From the human T2T-CHM13v2.0 reference genome, Homo sapiens: DNA of 64,000 nt. A program made the position numbers and the translations under genes. Positions 53,701-64,000 of this stretch are shown here, piece by piece. The stretch lies in the NCBI RefSeq assembly GCF_009914755.1, contig NC_060926.1; one strand, given 5' to 3'. The notes beneath the pieces were generated by a model, which worked only from the letters and a program-made list of their open reading frames with translations, searched no databases and had not been told where the DNA came from. The first letter of the stretch is position 1; every line of letters starts with the position of its first letter.

Positions 53701-56700
53701 ACAACTGACAAGTCAAAGAATAAATTAAAAGTGAAATTTTTAAAAATAGGACAAATGAAAATAGAAACACAACATGCCAAAAATTATGAGATGCAGCAAA
53801 AGCAGTTCTAAGATAGAAATTTGGAGCAATATACTACATTTTTTAAAAAGTAGATAGAAAGGAAAGAAATATACCAAATAACTTTATGTTAAATCTCAAG
53901 GAACTAGAAAATGAAGAACAAACTAAGCCAAATGTTAGTACAATAAAGGACATAATAAAGATCACAGCAAAAATAACTAGAGTAGATATTAGAAAGCAAC
54001 AGAAAAGGAAACAAAACTAACACTTGTTTTTTTTTAAAAACAAAGATAAACAAAATCAACAAACCCATAGCTAGACTAAGCAGGAAAAAGCAAGAGGACT
54101 CAAATTAATAAAATTAGAAATATAAGAGAAGATAGTGAAACTGATACCACAGAAATACAAAAGATCGTAAGACATTATGGTTAATAAATTATAGGCCAAC
54201 AAATTGGATACCTAAGAAAAAATAGATAAACTCCTAGGCACATATAACCTACTAAGATCAAATTAAGAAGAAATAAAATTTCTGAGCAATAATGAATAAG
54301 GAAATTTAATCAATAATAATATCTCAAGAGAGAAAAGCCTCAAACCTGATGGATTCACAGCTAAGTTCTACCAAATATTAAAAAAAAAAACAAAACTAAT
54401 ACTAAACATTCTCAAACTTTTCCAAAAAATTGAAGATAAGGGAATACATTCAACCTCATTTTATAAAGCCAACATTATTCTTGTAACAAAGCCAGACAAG
54501 GGCACTACAAGAAAAGTATCCATCAGTATCCATGATGAATAAAGGTGCAAATACAATCAACAAAATACCAGTGAACCAAATTCAACAGAGTCTTAAAAGT
54601 ATCATTATCCTTGATCAACATATACAAATCAAAAAATGTGATACACCACATTAACAGAGTAAAAATCAAAAATCATAAAGTCATCCAAATATATGCAAAA
54701 ACACATTTGACAAAATGCAACAGTTTTTGACAAAAAATCTCAATAAATTAGATACAGAAGGAATATACCTCAACACAATAAAGGCCATAAAACAGAAACT
54801 CATAGCTAACATCACACTTGATGGTAAAAAATGGAAAGTTTATTCACTAAGATTATGAACAACAGAAGAATGCCCACTCTTAACACTTCTATTCAACATA
54901 GTACTGGAAGTTCTAGCCAAAGAAATTAGACAAGAAAAAGAAAAAAGTTTCTTAGTTGTCCAAGTTAGAAAGTAAAAGGTTAAATTATGTATGTTTGTTG
55001 ACAGTATGATCTTATACATTGAAAACCCTAAAGGCCTCTCCAAAAACGCTGTTAGAAATAAACAAAATCTGTAAAGCCATAGCATATAAAATCAACATAC
55101 AAAAATAATAGTGTTTCTATATACTAGAAACAAGCCACTTAAAAAACTAAGCAAGAAAACAGTCTCATTTACAATAGCTACACAAAATAAAATATTTAGG
55201 AATTGATTTAAATGACATAAAAATCTTCACACTGAAAACTGGAAAACATTGATGACAAATTGACAAAAAGAAATGGAAATATATCCTATGTTCATGGACT
55301 GGGAAAATTATTATTAAATTTCCATTCTACCCACAGCAGTGTACAGATTTAATAAAATCCTTATCAAATTCCAGTGAAATATTTTTCACAGGAATAGAAG
55401 AGAATTCTAAAATTCATGTGGAACCTAAAGACACCTCCAATAACCAGAGAAATCTTAAGCAAAAAGAACAAAGCAAAGGCTTCACACTACCTGACTGCAA
55501 AATCTACTACAAAGCTGTAGTAATTGAAACAGCATGATACTTGAATAAAAGCATATACATAGACCAATGAAATGGACTAGAGAGCCCAGACATAAACTCA
55601 CACATTTATGGTCAATTTATTTTTGACAAAGATGTCAAGAACACACAATGGGAAAAGGAGAGTCTCTTTAATAAATGATTCTGGGAAAGCTATATATCCA
55701 CAGTCAGAAGAATAAAGTTAGACCCCCATTTCCCATCTTGTACAAAAATCAGATTAAAATTGATTAAATACTTTAGAGTAAAACTGTAAAGATATTTGGA
55801 AAAATGGGAAAAATATTATGACATTAGACGATGTTTGGAGTATGAGTCCCAAAGCACAACCAACAGAAGCAAAAATAGACATATTGGATTACATTAAAAA
55901 TTTTCTGCATAGCAAGTGAAATAACAGAGTGGAGACACAACCTATAGAAAGGGGGAATACATTTGCAAACCACATATCAACAACTTGAATGAAAACTAGG
56001 CAAAGAAACTTAGTAGACATTTTTTTCCAAAGAACACATTAAAAGAACAAATATATGAAAAGGTACTCAACAGCACTAATCATCAGGGAAATTTACATTA
56101 AAATCATAATGATATATCATCTCATACCTGTTTGGATGGCAATTGTCAAAATGTCAAAAGAAAACAAGTATTGGAGAAGGTATATAGAAAAGAGAACCCT
56201 TGTATGCTGTTGCTGGAATGTAAATTTTTACAGCTATTATGGAAACAGTATGGAAGTTTATCAAATTATTAACAATAGAAATGTAATATGACATAGGCAT
56301 TCCTGTTTTGGGTATACACCCAAAGAAAATAAAATCAGGACTTTGTAGAGATATCTGGACTCCCGTATTCACTGTAGCACTATTCACAAGCGCCAAGATA
56401 TGGAAACAAACTAAGCATCTATTGACAGATGAATGCATAATGAAAATGTGGTATATATACACAACGGAATGCTATTAAGCCTTTCAAAAAAGGAAATCTT
56501 GTCATTTGTGACAGAATGAACCTCCTGGGCATTATATTCAGTGAAATAAGCCAGGCACAGAAAGATAAATACCAAATAATCTCACTTATATATGGAATCT
56601 AAAAAAGTTGAACCTGTAGAAACACAGTAAAATGGTGGTTGCCAGAGACTGGAGGTGAGGCTTTGTAGACAGTTGTGGTCAAAGGACACAAAATTTTATT

Positions 56701-56934
56701 TAGATAAGAGGAATAAGTTCAAGAGATCTATAGTACATCATACTGACTATAATTAACAATATATTGTATATTTTACAATTGCTGAGAGTAGACTTTTGTG
56801 TTCTCACCACAAAAAAAATGCAAGTTAGTGCATATGTTAAATAGCTCATTTAACTATTCCAGAATGTATACATATATAAAAAATCATGTTGTACACCACA
56901 AATATATATGATTTTACTTGTCAATTATTAGAAG
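50709..56934 (+). mobile_element. L1MA6/7-like LINE spanning 5' UTR to 3' UTR; ORFs dead, internal deletion around the end of ORF1
   Basis: GC-richer 5' UTR, ORF1 from ~51830, endonuclease ORF 53063..53542 (NLYAP, GNFNNPLS, DLTDIYRTFH), 3' end GTACACCACAAATATATATGATTTTACTTGTCAATT. TSD AAAAGAC(C/T)TTGA at 50697-50708 and 56935-56946. Confidence 0.9.
52500..52781. repeat. Higher-order minisatellite (37+42 = 79-bp unit, ~3.5 units) inside L1 ORF1
   Basis: AGGAAATTCCA cores at 52517, 52554, 52596, 52633, 52675, 52712 and 52754. Confidence 0.95.
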
Positions 56935-57568
56935 AAAAGACTTTGACTTTAACAAGCACAAGTTAGGAAATGATGAGTTTCCATATATACCAAAAAGACA
57001 AATACACCTTGCTATATTTATAATCTGTTTATTTAGCTCTGTCTGTAGTAGGACATAAATGTCTGCATGATTTTATCTTCATCATTATGTTTTAAAATGC
57101 ATTAAATGGGAAGACAATATTTCCAAAGATTCTAGCCCTTACCTATAAGCTCTTAATTTTATTCATTTCATAATGTGCTCTTGAAGCAAACAGAAAATCA
57201 AAATTAATGAGAAGCTTTAAAATTTCATGTTTGTTAACATAATTTTAATTTTCAAATTTAAAGTCTGTAGCCACTCAGTGCTTTTTTTTTTGACAAATTA
57301 GTGTCAAGCAATAGAGTGACTTTGGTGGTGGTAAAATATAAATTTACACAGAAATGCTTGGCATTGTCACTCTTTTATTACAATATCAGTTCATCATCTT
57401 TTACGTATTTAGGTTTTAATTGCATTGGAAGGTAGTGTTTCTAGTTATATAATTTTTCTCACAATATATCCAGGTGCATGTTTATATTATCAGCTGAGTT
57501 TATATTCTTCTACAGATGATTTTTTTCTACTTCAGATGAATACCATATGGGTGCTGCAGTAATGCGTT

Positions 57569-57601
57569 TGTGTGTGTTTGTGTGTGTGTGTGTGTGTGTG
57601 T
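57569..57601. repeat. (TG)n microsatellite
   Basis: TGTGTGTGTTTGTGTGTGTGTGTGTGTGTGTG. Confidence 0.9.
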
Positions 57602-57628
57602 ATATGTTTTGTGTAAACTTTATAATTT

Positions 57629-57992
57629 TTTTTTTTTATTTTACTTTAAGTTCTGGGATACATGTTCAGAATGTGCAGGTGTGTTACATAGGTGTAAATG
57701 TGCCATGGTGGTTTGCTGCACTTAACCCGTCATCTAGCTTTTAAGCCCCGCATGTATTAGGTATTTGTCCTAATGCTCTCCCTCCCCTTGCCTCCCAACC
57801 CCCGACAGGCCCCAGTGTGTGATGGTCCCCTCCGTGTGTGTCCATGTGTTTTCCCTGTTCAACTCACACTTATGAGTGAGAATATGCGGTGTCTGGTTTT
57901 TCTGTTCCTGTGTTAGGTTGCTGAGGATGATGGTTTCCAGCTTCATCCATGTCCCTGCAAAAGCTTTGAATTTATTCTTTTTCATGGCTGCA
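57629..57992 (-). mobile_element. Short 5'-truncated L1PA8-like 3' end
   Basis: Same 3' UTR type as the 39245 element; ORF2 C-terminus FAGTWMKLETIILS; TATAATTT on both flanks. Confidence 0.9.
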
Positions 57993-58853
57993 TATAATTT
58001 GTTTTCATTTTAATGAATTAGCTTTTAATATTTTTAAGTGAAAAAATAAGCCTGAATAGCCATCAGTTCAACTGACTGCTCAATTTTCCAAAAACTAGAG
58101 AATCTGTGCTTAGGGAACTTAGTCATTGAAAGGTATCATGCTATGGTAAAGGACATATATTTAGCCAGGCTCTCTGAGAAGAAATTAGAAAGAAAGACTT
58201 CCTCATCAAACCTACAATTTCTTTTATTTCTAGTTTCTGTGGTCTTAAAGAGTGGTATCAGACACATCATGTGTGGGAAGCAAATCTTTTCCTCATAAGT
58301 TTATTTCACCTGTGCCATAGAGTAAACGTTGTAATACCTTCATGTGTATGTGCTTCTCTTCTTTTCACCCACAGTTCAGCAGATGAATTGTCTGAGCACC
58401 AGACAATTGATTTCTCCCACTTCCAACAGTGTGCAGAGTGGCATTCAGAATTTAGAGGACGGTGTTGAGTAAATTCAATATTTACCCATTTTTTTAAATG
58501 TCTAACTCTACTTGTCTTGGCGGATTATTTCTTATTTAAATCAAAATAGGTAATCATGAAATATAGAAGTAGCCTTGATATTCACTAAATGAAATACTCA
58601 CTTAGAAGATTCACTGAAATCCCAATCTTTCCCCTACAATGTTAACATTTTCTAAAATTAAAAGATAGCTTTATAATTAAAGTATGGTTTGAGATGTGAG
58701 TCAGTTTAAAAGTATTATTTCTTGAATCACTTTTACAAATTCCATTTTTAAAAGCAAAGAAATTCACTTCAGTCATTAAAAATTTTCAAAGTATTAAGAT
58801 TATACTCTACAACAAATTGATTTTCTGTTTGCCATTTCCTAGATTGATATTTA

Positions 58854-61480
58854 CAGTTAACCATTAAACAACACAAGCTTGAACTACAAGGGTCCACCTC
58901 TAGATAATTTTTTAAATAAATGTAATGGAAAAATTTGGGGCAATTTGCAACAATTATTAAAAACTCACAAACTGTGTAGCCTAGAAATAAAAAAAAGAAA
59001 AAAGAGTTATGACATGAATGCCTATAATATATGTAGATATTAGTTTATTGTATCATTTATTACCATCAAGTACACACAAGTCTATTATAAAAGTTAAAAT
59101 TTATAAAAAATTTATACACACACTTCAAGATCATACCTGGTGCTATTCACAGTGGAAAGAAATATTAACAAACATAAAGGTGCAGTATTAAATCATAACT
59201 GCATAAAATTAACTGTAGTAATACTGTATTACTAATAATTTTATAGCTACCTACTGTTGCTACTTTTGAAAGCTGAATGTGATAATCTGGCTTAGTCACA
59301 GGAGTTTGGCATGGTGATGGGCACTGTGCCCCTACTGTGGCGTCACTTCAATGTCATTCTCTTCTAGAAACCCTGCAGTCAGGGCAGCATTCTAATGGAA
59401 GAGAGGGCCCTATCAAGCCAACGGGAAGGCTGGATGTATCTGTTGAGTAGCCACTTAAAATGCTGCATGATACTAATAATCTCTGCATGAAGAGTTCATC
59501 TCTACAGTAAATTGTGTATCACAGTAAGAAGTTATCTCTTGTAATACTCATGGATTTTTTAAATCATGTTTAGTGCAATGCCATAAACCTTGAAGAGCAA
59601 CATGGGGACCCACATGAAGTGCCACTAGTGATTCTGGAATTGCTTCTAACAGGCAAAGTCATGACATTAGAAGTAAAAATTGAATTGCTTGATATGTACC
59701 ATAGATTGAGGTCCATAGCTGTAGTTGCTATTTTTTGATAAGCAAATCTAATGTAAGGGCTATAGCAGAAAAAAAAAGTTAGGAAATTAACGGAGCTGTT
59801 GATGTAGCTATACCAGCAGGCAACAAAACACTGCACTTTTTGCAAAATACCTTTTTATTTCATATCAAAAATGCAGCTTTTTGATATGTGGGTGCATGAT
59901 TGCTATAAGAAAGACATACATATAGACTCTAATATGATTCAAGGAAAAGTGAAGTCATTATATGATAACTTAAAGAAAGAGAAGGTGAATTTAATGCCAG
60001 CAAAGGATGGTTTGATAATTTTAGAAAGAGGTTTGGCTTAAAAAAAAAATGTCAACACCATAGAAGCAGCTTCTGCCAACCAAGAGGCAGCAAAGTTCCC
60101 AGACAACATTAAGAAAATCATTGAGAAAAAAATATATCTGCTTGAACAAGTTTTTAATGCAGATAAAAGGGGACAGAAGCCACAAAAGACATTTATTAGT
60201 TAGAAAGAGGAGTGGGCACTAAGATTTAAGGCAGAAAAGGATAGGCTAACTCTACTGTTTTGTGCAAATGCATCAGGTTCATTATCAAGACTGGCCCTAT
60301 CTATAAAGCTTCTAACCCCTGAGCCATGAAGGAAAAAGATAAATACCAGCTGCCAGTCTTTTGGTTGTACATTAAAACCTAGACAATGAGAACGCTTTTT
60401 CTGCATTGGTTTCATTGCTTCCTTGTCACTGAAGTCAGGAAGTACCTTGCCAGTAAAGGGCTACCTTTTAACATCCTTTTGATATTGGACAACTCCCATG
60501 GTCACGGAGAACCTCATGTGCTCCATGCTGAAGATGTCAAGGAGGCCCATTAGCTCCCAAGATCAATGTCTCTAATTTAGCCTACGGATCAAGGAGTTAT
60601 AAAAACCTTAAGGCTCATTACAGAAGGTACTCTGCGGAAGACTGACAACGCTATGGAAGAGAACCCTAACAGAGAAAACATCATGAAAGTCTGGAAGGAT
60701 TGCCCCTTTGAAGATGGCATCATTATTATACAAAAAGCCATGAAAGCCACTGAGCCTGAAACAATAAATTCTTGCTGGAGAAAACTATATACAGATGTTG
60801 TGCGTGACTTCATAAGTTTTATGACAGTTAATCAAGGAAATAATGAAAGAGATTGTAGATATGGCAAAAATGGTGAGGGATAAAGGGTTTCAAGATATGG
60901 ATCTTGGAGAAAGTCAAGAGCTTATAGACATAACACCAGAGGAATTAATAAAAGATGACTTAATGGAGATGAGTGCTTCTGAACCAGTACAAGAGAATGA
61001 GGAATAAAACATAGAACAAGCAGCATCAGAAAACAAGTTGACATTAGACAATTGACAGAAGGATTCAGATTATTTAGACTACTTTTGGCTTCTTTTATGA
61101 TATGGACTCATCTCTGACATGGACACTGAAACTAAAGCAAATGGTGGAAGCAAATGGTGTTGGAGCCTTATAGAATAATTTTTAGAGAAATGAAAAAGTA
61201 AAACAGTCAGAAAGAAATTAATATGTTTTTCTGTAAAGTTACACTGAGTGTGCCTATCTCTTCTGCCTTCTCTTACACTTCTTTCACCTCTTCTGCCTCT
61301 GCCAACTCTGAAACAGTAAGACTAACCCTTTTCTTTCTCCTCCTAATTAGCCTACTCAATGTGAAGGTGATGAGGATGAAGACCTTTATGACGAGCCAGT
61401 TCCACTTAATGAATTGTTAATATATTTTCTCTTCCTTATAATTCTCTTAATAATATTTTTTCTAGCTTACTTTGCTGTAA
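58854..61480 (+). mobile_element. Near-complete Tigger2 DNA transposon with dead transposase; right end cut by the HML-6 insertion
   Basis: TIR TA|CAGTTAACCATTAAACAACAC. Transposase start ATGGGGACC at ~59602. Motifs FNASKGWFDNFRKRF, LILDN and DQGVIK. ORF 60653..60883 has NIMKVWKD..PETINSCWRKL. Confidence 0.92.
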
Positions 61481-61757
61481 TGCCAAGTCTGTCCTGCAGA
61501 CTCTGGCCAAGCAATGAATGAAAGAAGCTCTCAGACACAGAAACCCAGTGAAAGAGCAGGCTAGGGGAATGCTAGCACTAGGGGCCAAAGACAGTTAGCA
61601 ACTCCCTAATCTGGCAATGCTCGCATTTATTTAGTACAGATTTAATGACAAAGGCTTAGAGTAAAGACAATTTGTGGGTAATAAACATTGCTGACATCCC
61701 AAGTAGAGAGCAGTCCTGCGCACAAATGATCAAAGGCTGGTTTTAGGACAACAGAGT
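61481..61757 (-). mobile_element. LTR3-like (HML-6) 3' LTR, partial
   Basis: TGCCAAGTCTGTCCTGCAGACTCTGGC..CTCAGACACAG..AGTGAAAGAGCAGGCTAGG. A polyA signal AATAAA lies on the minus strand near 61627. Confidence 0.75.
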
Positions 61758-61810
61758 CATTATATGATAACTTAAAGAAAGAGAAGGTGAATTTAATGCC
61801 AGCAAAGGAT

Positions 61811-62760
61811 GGTCATAGTATAGTTGTTACTGGAATTATGATATGTCCCATGTCCCAGGTGCCATAAAGTGTCTTGGGGTGGCATGGACTCTACTTGGGG
61901 TCTGGGATATCCTATCCCTGCATCAGCCCAAATTATAGGGGAACTAGACTTGGCTATGAAACTGTGATTGATGCCACAATGGATGTTGACATCAGTATGG
62001 TCACTCTGCAAATGGCAGTGGGGGCTCCAGTCTAAGATGTTATAATTGCCTAACTGGAGGCTACGGGCTTGTCCCCTGTGACAGACCTCCCAGCCAAGTG
62101 AAATCAATAACTTTACTGACTATGTTCTTTAGCACAGGAAGGAATGTTGGGGGAAGTGGCATTGGTTGCATTGCCTGGTTTGAGGCTACCTGCAACCAAG
62201 AATGTTAAGGCATTACCTTTGCCATTATGTAGCCATACTTAAGTTTGGGCAGGAACATGGTAAGGGTTATAACTTTTATAACTTACACACGGTGGGAGGA
62301 TAGTGGAGTGATATGTAGTGTTACCTGGCACCTTAGTCCAATGTGTGCCATTAATAAGGGACCCCACTGGGGGTAAGTCAGTCCCTCCTAGCCAAGTAGT
62401 TACATTATTAGAGGCTGGGAAAGGGGTGTCTGCCCAGGGAACAGGCCAGAAAAAAGGTGTATCTAAGAGATGGGCCCAATAGAGAGTAGCAGGTGCAGGT
62501 TGCAGGCAAAGTGAGAGCATAAAAAGGATCAATATCCTATGCTAGTTGCAATGTACAACAGAGAGCATACCAAGGAACAAATTATTTGGAGTGAATGGTG
62601 TCTGTGTCCAGAGCAGGATTTTCTCAGCCTCCTGAGTCATCTTTTTCAGCATCCCCCAGGTGATGTTCGGGGCTTGTGTTGTCTGAGGAAGCTGCATTGT
62701 CCAGGACTGTGGGTCATGCAGGGACATTTCTTTCATTTCTTGTACCGGGTTGGGTCCCAG
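61811..62760 (-). pseudogene. HERV-K(HML-6)-like env remnant (leader and N-terminal SU; TM deleted)
   Basis: ORFs 62542..62832 (ITWGMLKKMTQEAEKILL..TPNNLFLGMLSVVHCN) and 62239..62532 (LYWAHLLDTPFFWPVPW..NNVTTWLGG) have betaretroviral env character, with stops. Confidence 0.82.
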
Positions 62761-64000
62761 CCATGCCATGATGTGGTTTGATGCATCCTTCTGGAATCCA
62801 AAGAGGACTTGAGGGAATGTGAACATAAGCATATCCTCTTCCCCATGTTAGCAAATCATTTGGACGACATCATACATTACTATTTACGTCATTCCACAAA
62901 ACTGCAGGTTTTATGTCTTGAGAGGTTTTAGCAAAGTGCTTTTCTTTCTATAGCTGATTTAAATTTATTTAAATTTAATAAATTAAGGGTAAATAAGACT
63001 TGTGCTAGTAGTGTTGCAGGGTCCTTACTCATATTCCCCCTTTATTGTTTTCTGAGCATATTTTTAAGGGTGGAGTGAGGATGTTCTACTATGCCCTGTG
63101 GCCCGCCCCATAAACGCAAAAGTTAAGAGAACATATTGGGTGGACTCTCCAGGAAAAGCATGTGTGCTAATTAGGTTAGAATTGGTATCAACGGATACAT
63201 GTACATATCTTAGTTTTCCAAATTCAGGGATGTGCATAACATCTCTTTACCATAACTGATTAGGTTCTAGTCCTCTAGGGTCAATACCTATAGAGCCAGG
63301 GGATGTGCCTGTGAGCTGGCAATCTGGGCATTGCAGGATAATTTGTTTAGCTAGTCTTTGGGTAAGTTGAAATCGTTTAGTTAAGCTCCTCCAATTTTGG
63401 TGGAAAAAATTGGTGCAATTGGGTGGCTTGGTAAAGCAGTGACGTTATAACTTGCAGGTCTGCGTGATTATTGCCATAAGCCAGTGGGCCAGGTAGTGAG
63501 CTTCGGGCTCAAATATGTGTGGTAAAAATAGGATGTGTACATCGACCCAGCAGTTGCTGAAGTCATGGAAAAAGTGCACATAGGGTGGGCTTAAGAGGAG
63601 ACTAAATGAAGGCTGTTTCTAGGTTCTGTAATAAATAAACAGAGTAAGCAGAGTCACTAACAATATTGATGGGCTGAGTGGAAAAAGTTTCCAGGGGCAA
63701 TATTAAGCGTCCAACCTCAGCTCTCTGAGTGCTAGTAAATCCAGAATGAGTGAGGGTATTATGCAGTCTCCACTAAATAGCCACTTTTCCATTTTTACCA
63801 GAACCATCAGTAAAAACTGTTAAAGCATTAGGTATAGGGGAGTGAACTACTTTTGTAGGCAAAACTACAGGAGTACGAGATAAGAACTAAAGTAGTTTGT
63901 CAGCAGGAAGGGCATGCTCTATATGAAGGGCATGCTCTATAATCAGAGGGTGCTACCTGAAGGTCTAGAGATAGGGGCAATACTGCTTCAAATTGCTTTT
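62760..64000 (-). pseudogene. HERV-K(HML-6)-like pol remnant (RNase H and integrase), continuing past the window
   Basis: My minus-strand translation gives RNase H TVFTDGSGKNG, STQRAE and NIVSDSAY; the integrase zinc finger LAKQIILQCPDC; and PRGLEPNQLW, YVHVSVDT, QGIVE. Stops and frameshifts are present. Confidence 0.88.

Noticed and set aside
59602-61010. Domesticated TIGD-like transposase gene
   Set aside because: It has multiple stops and frameshifts; the longest ORF in the transposase frame is 76 aa.
61135-61159. AAGCAAATGGTG duplicated in Tigger2 (similarly AGCCATAGAGCAGA near 9875)
   Set aside because: These are ordinary short slippage duplications with no evident consequence.

Overview
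This is AT-rich, CpG-depleted simian primate (human-like) genomic DNA. I see no supportable host protein-coding gene, RNA gene or CRISPR array. Well over half of the window is interspersed repeat: L1 (including a ~6.2 kb TSD-flanked L1MA6/7-like copy), L2, L3/CR1, MIR, three Alus, MaLR/ERVL/ERV1 LTRs, hAT MITEs, Tigger1, a near-complete Tigger2, and the 3' part of a deleted HERV-K(HML-6)-like provirus that runs off the right edge. The recognisable ORFs in the track are decayed TE frames; the rest look like chance ORFs. I found no credible new biological system. The notable signals are: (1) locally templated insertions at deletion or repair junctions, above all a perfect 59-bp Tigger2 copy patching the HML-6 deletion; (2) a 37/42-bp alternating higher-order minisatellite inside L1 ORF1; (3) an unexplained 160-bp insert in Tigger2; (4) a compact NR5A/ERR + CRE + GC-box cluster at the 5' end of the old L1. 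Repeat family and subfamily names come from recalled consensus sequences and need RepeatMasker/Dfam confirmation.
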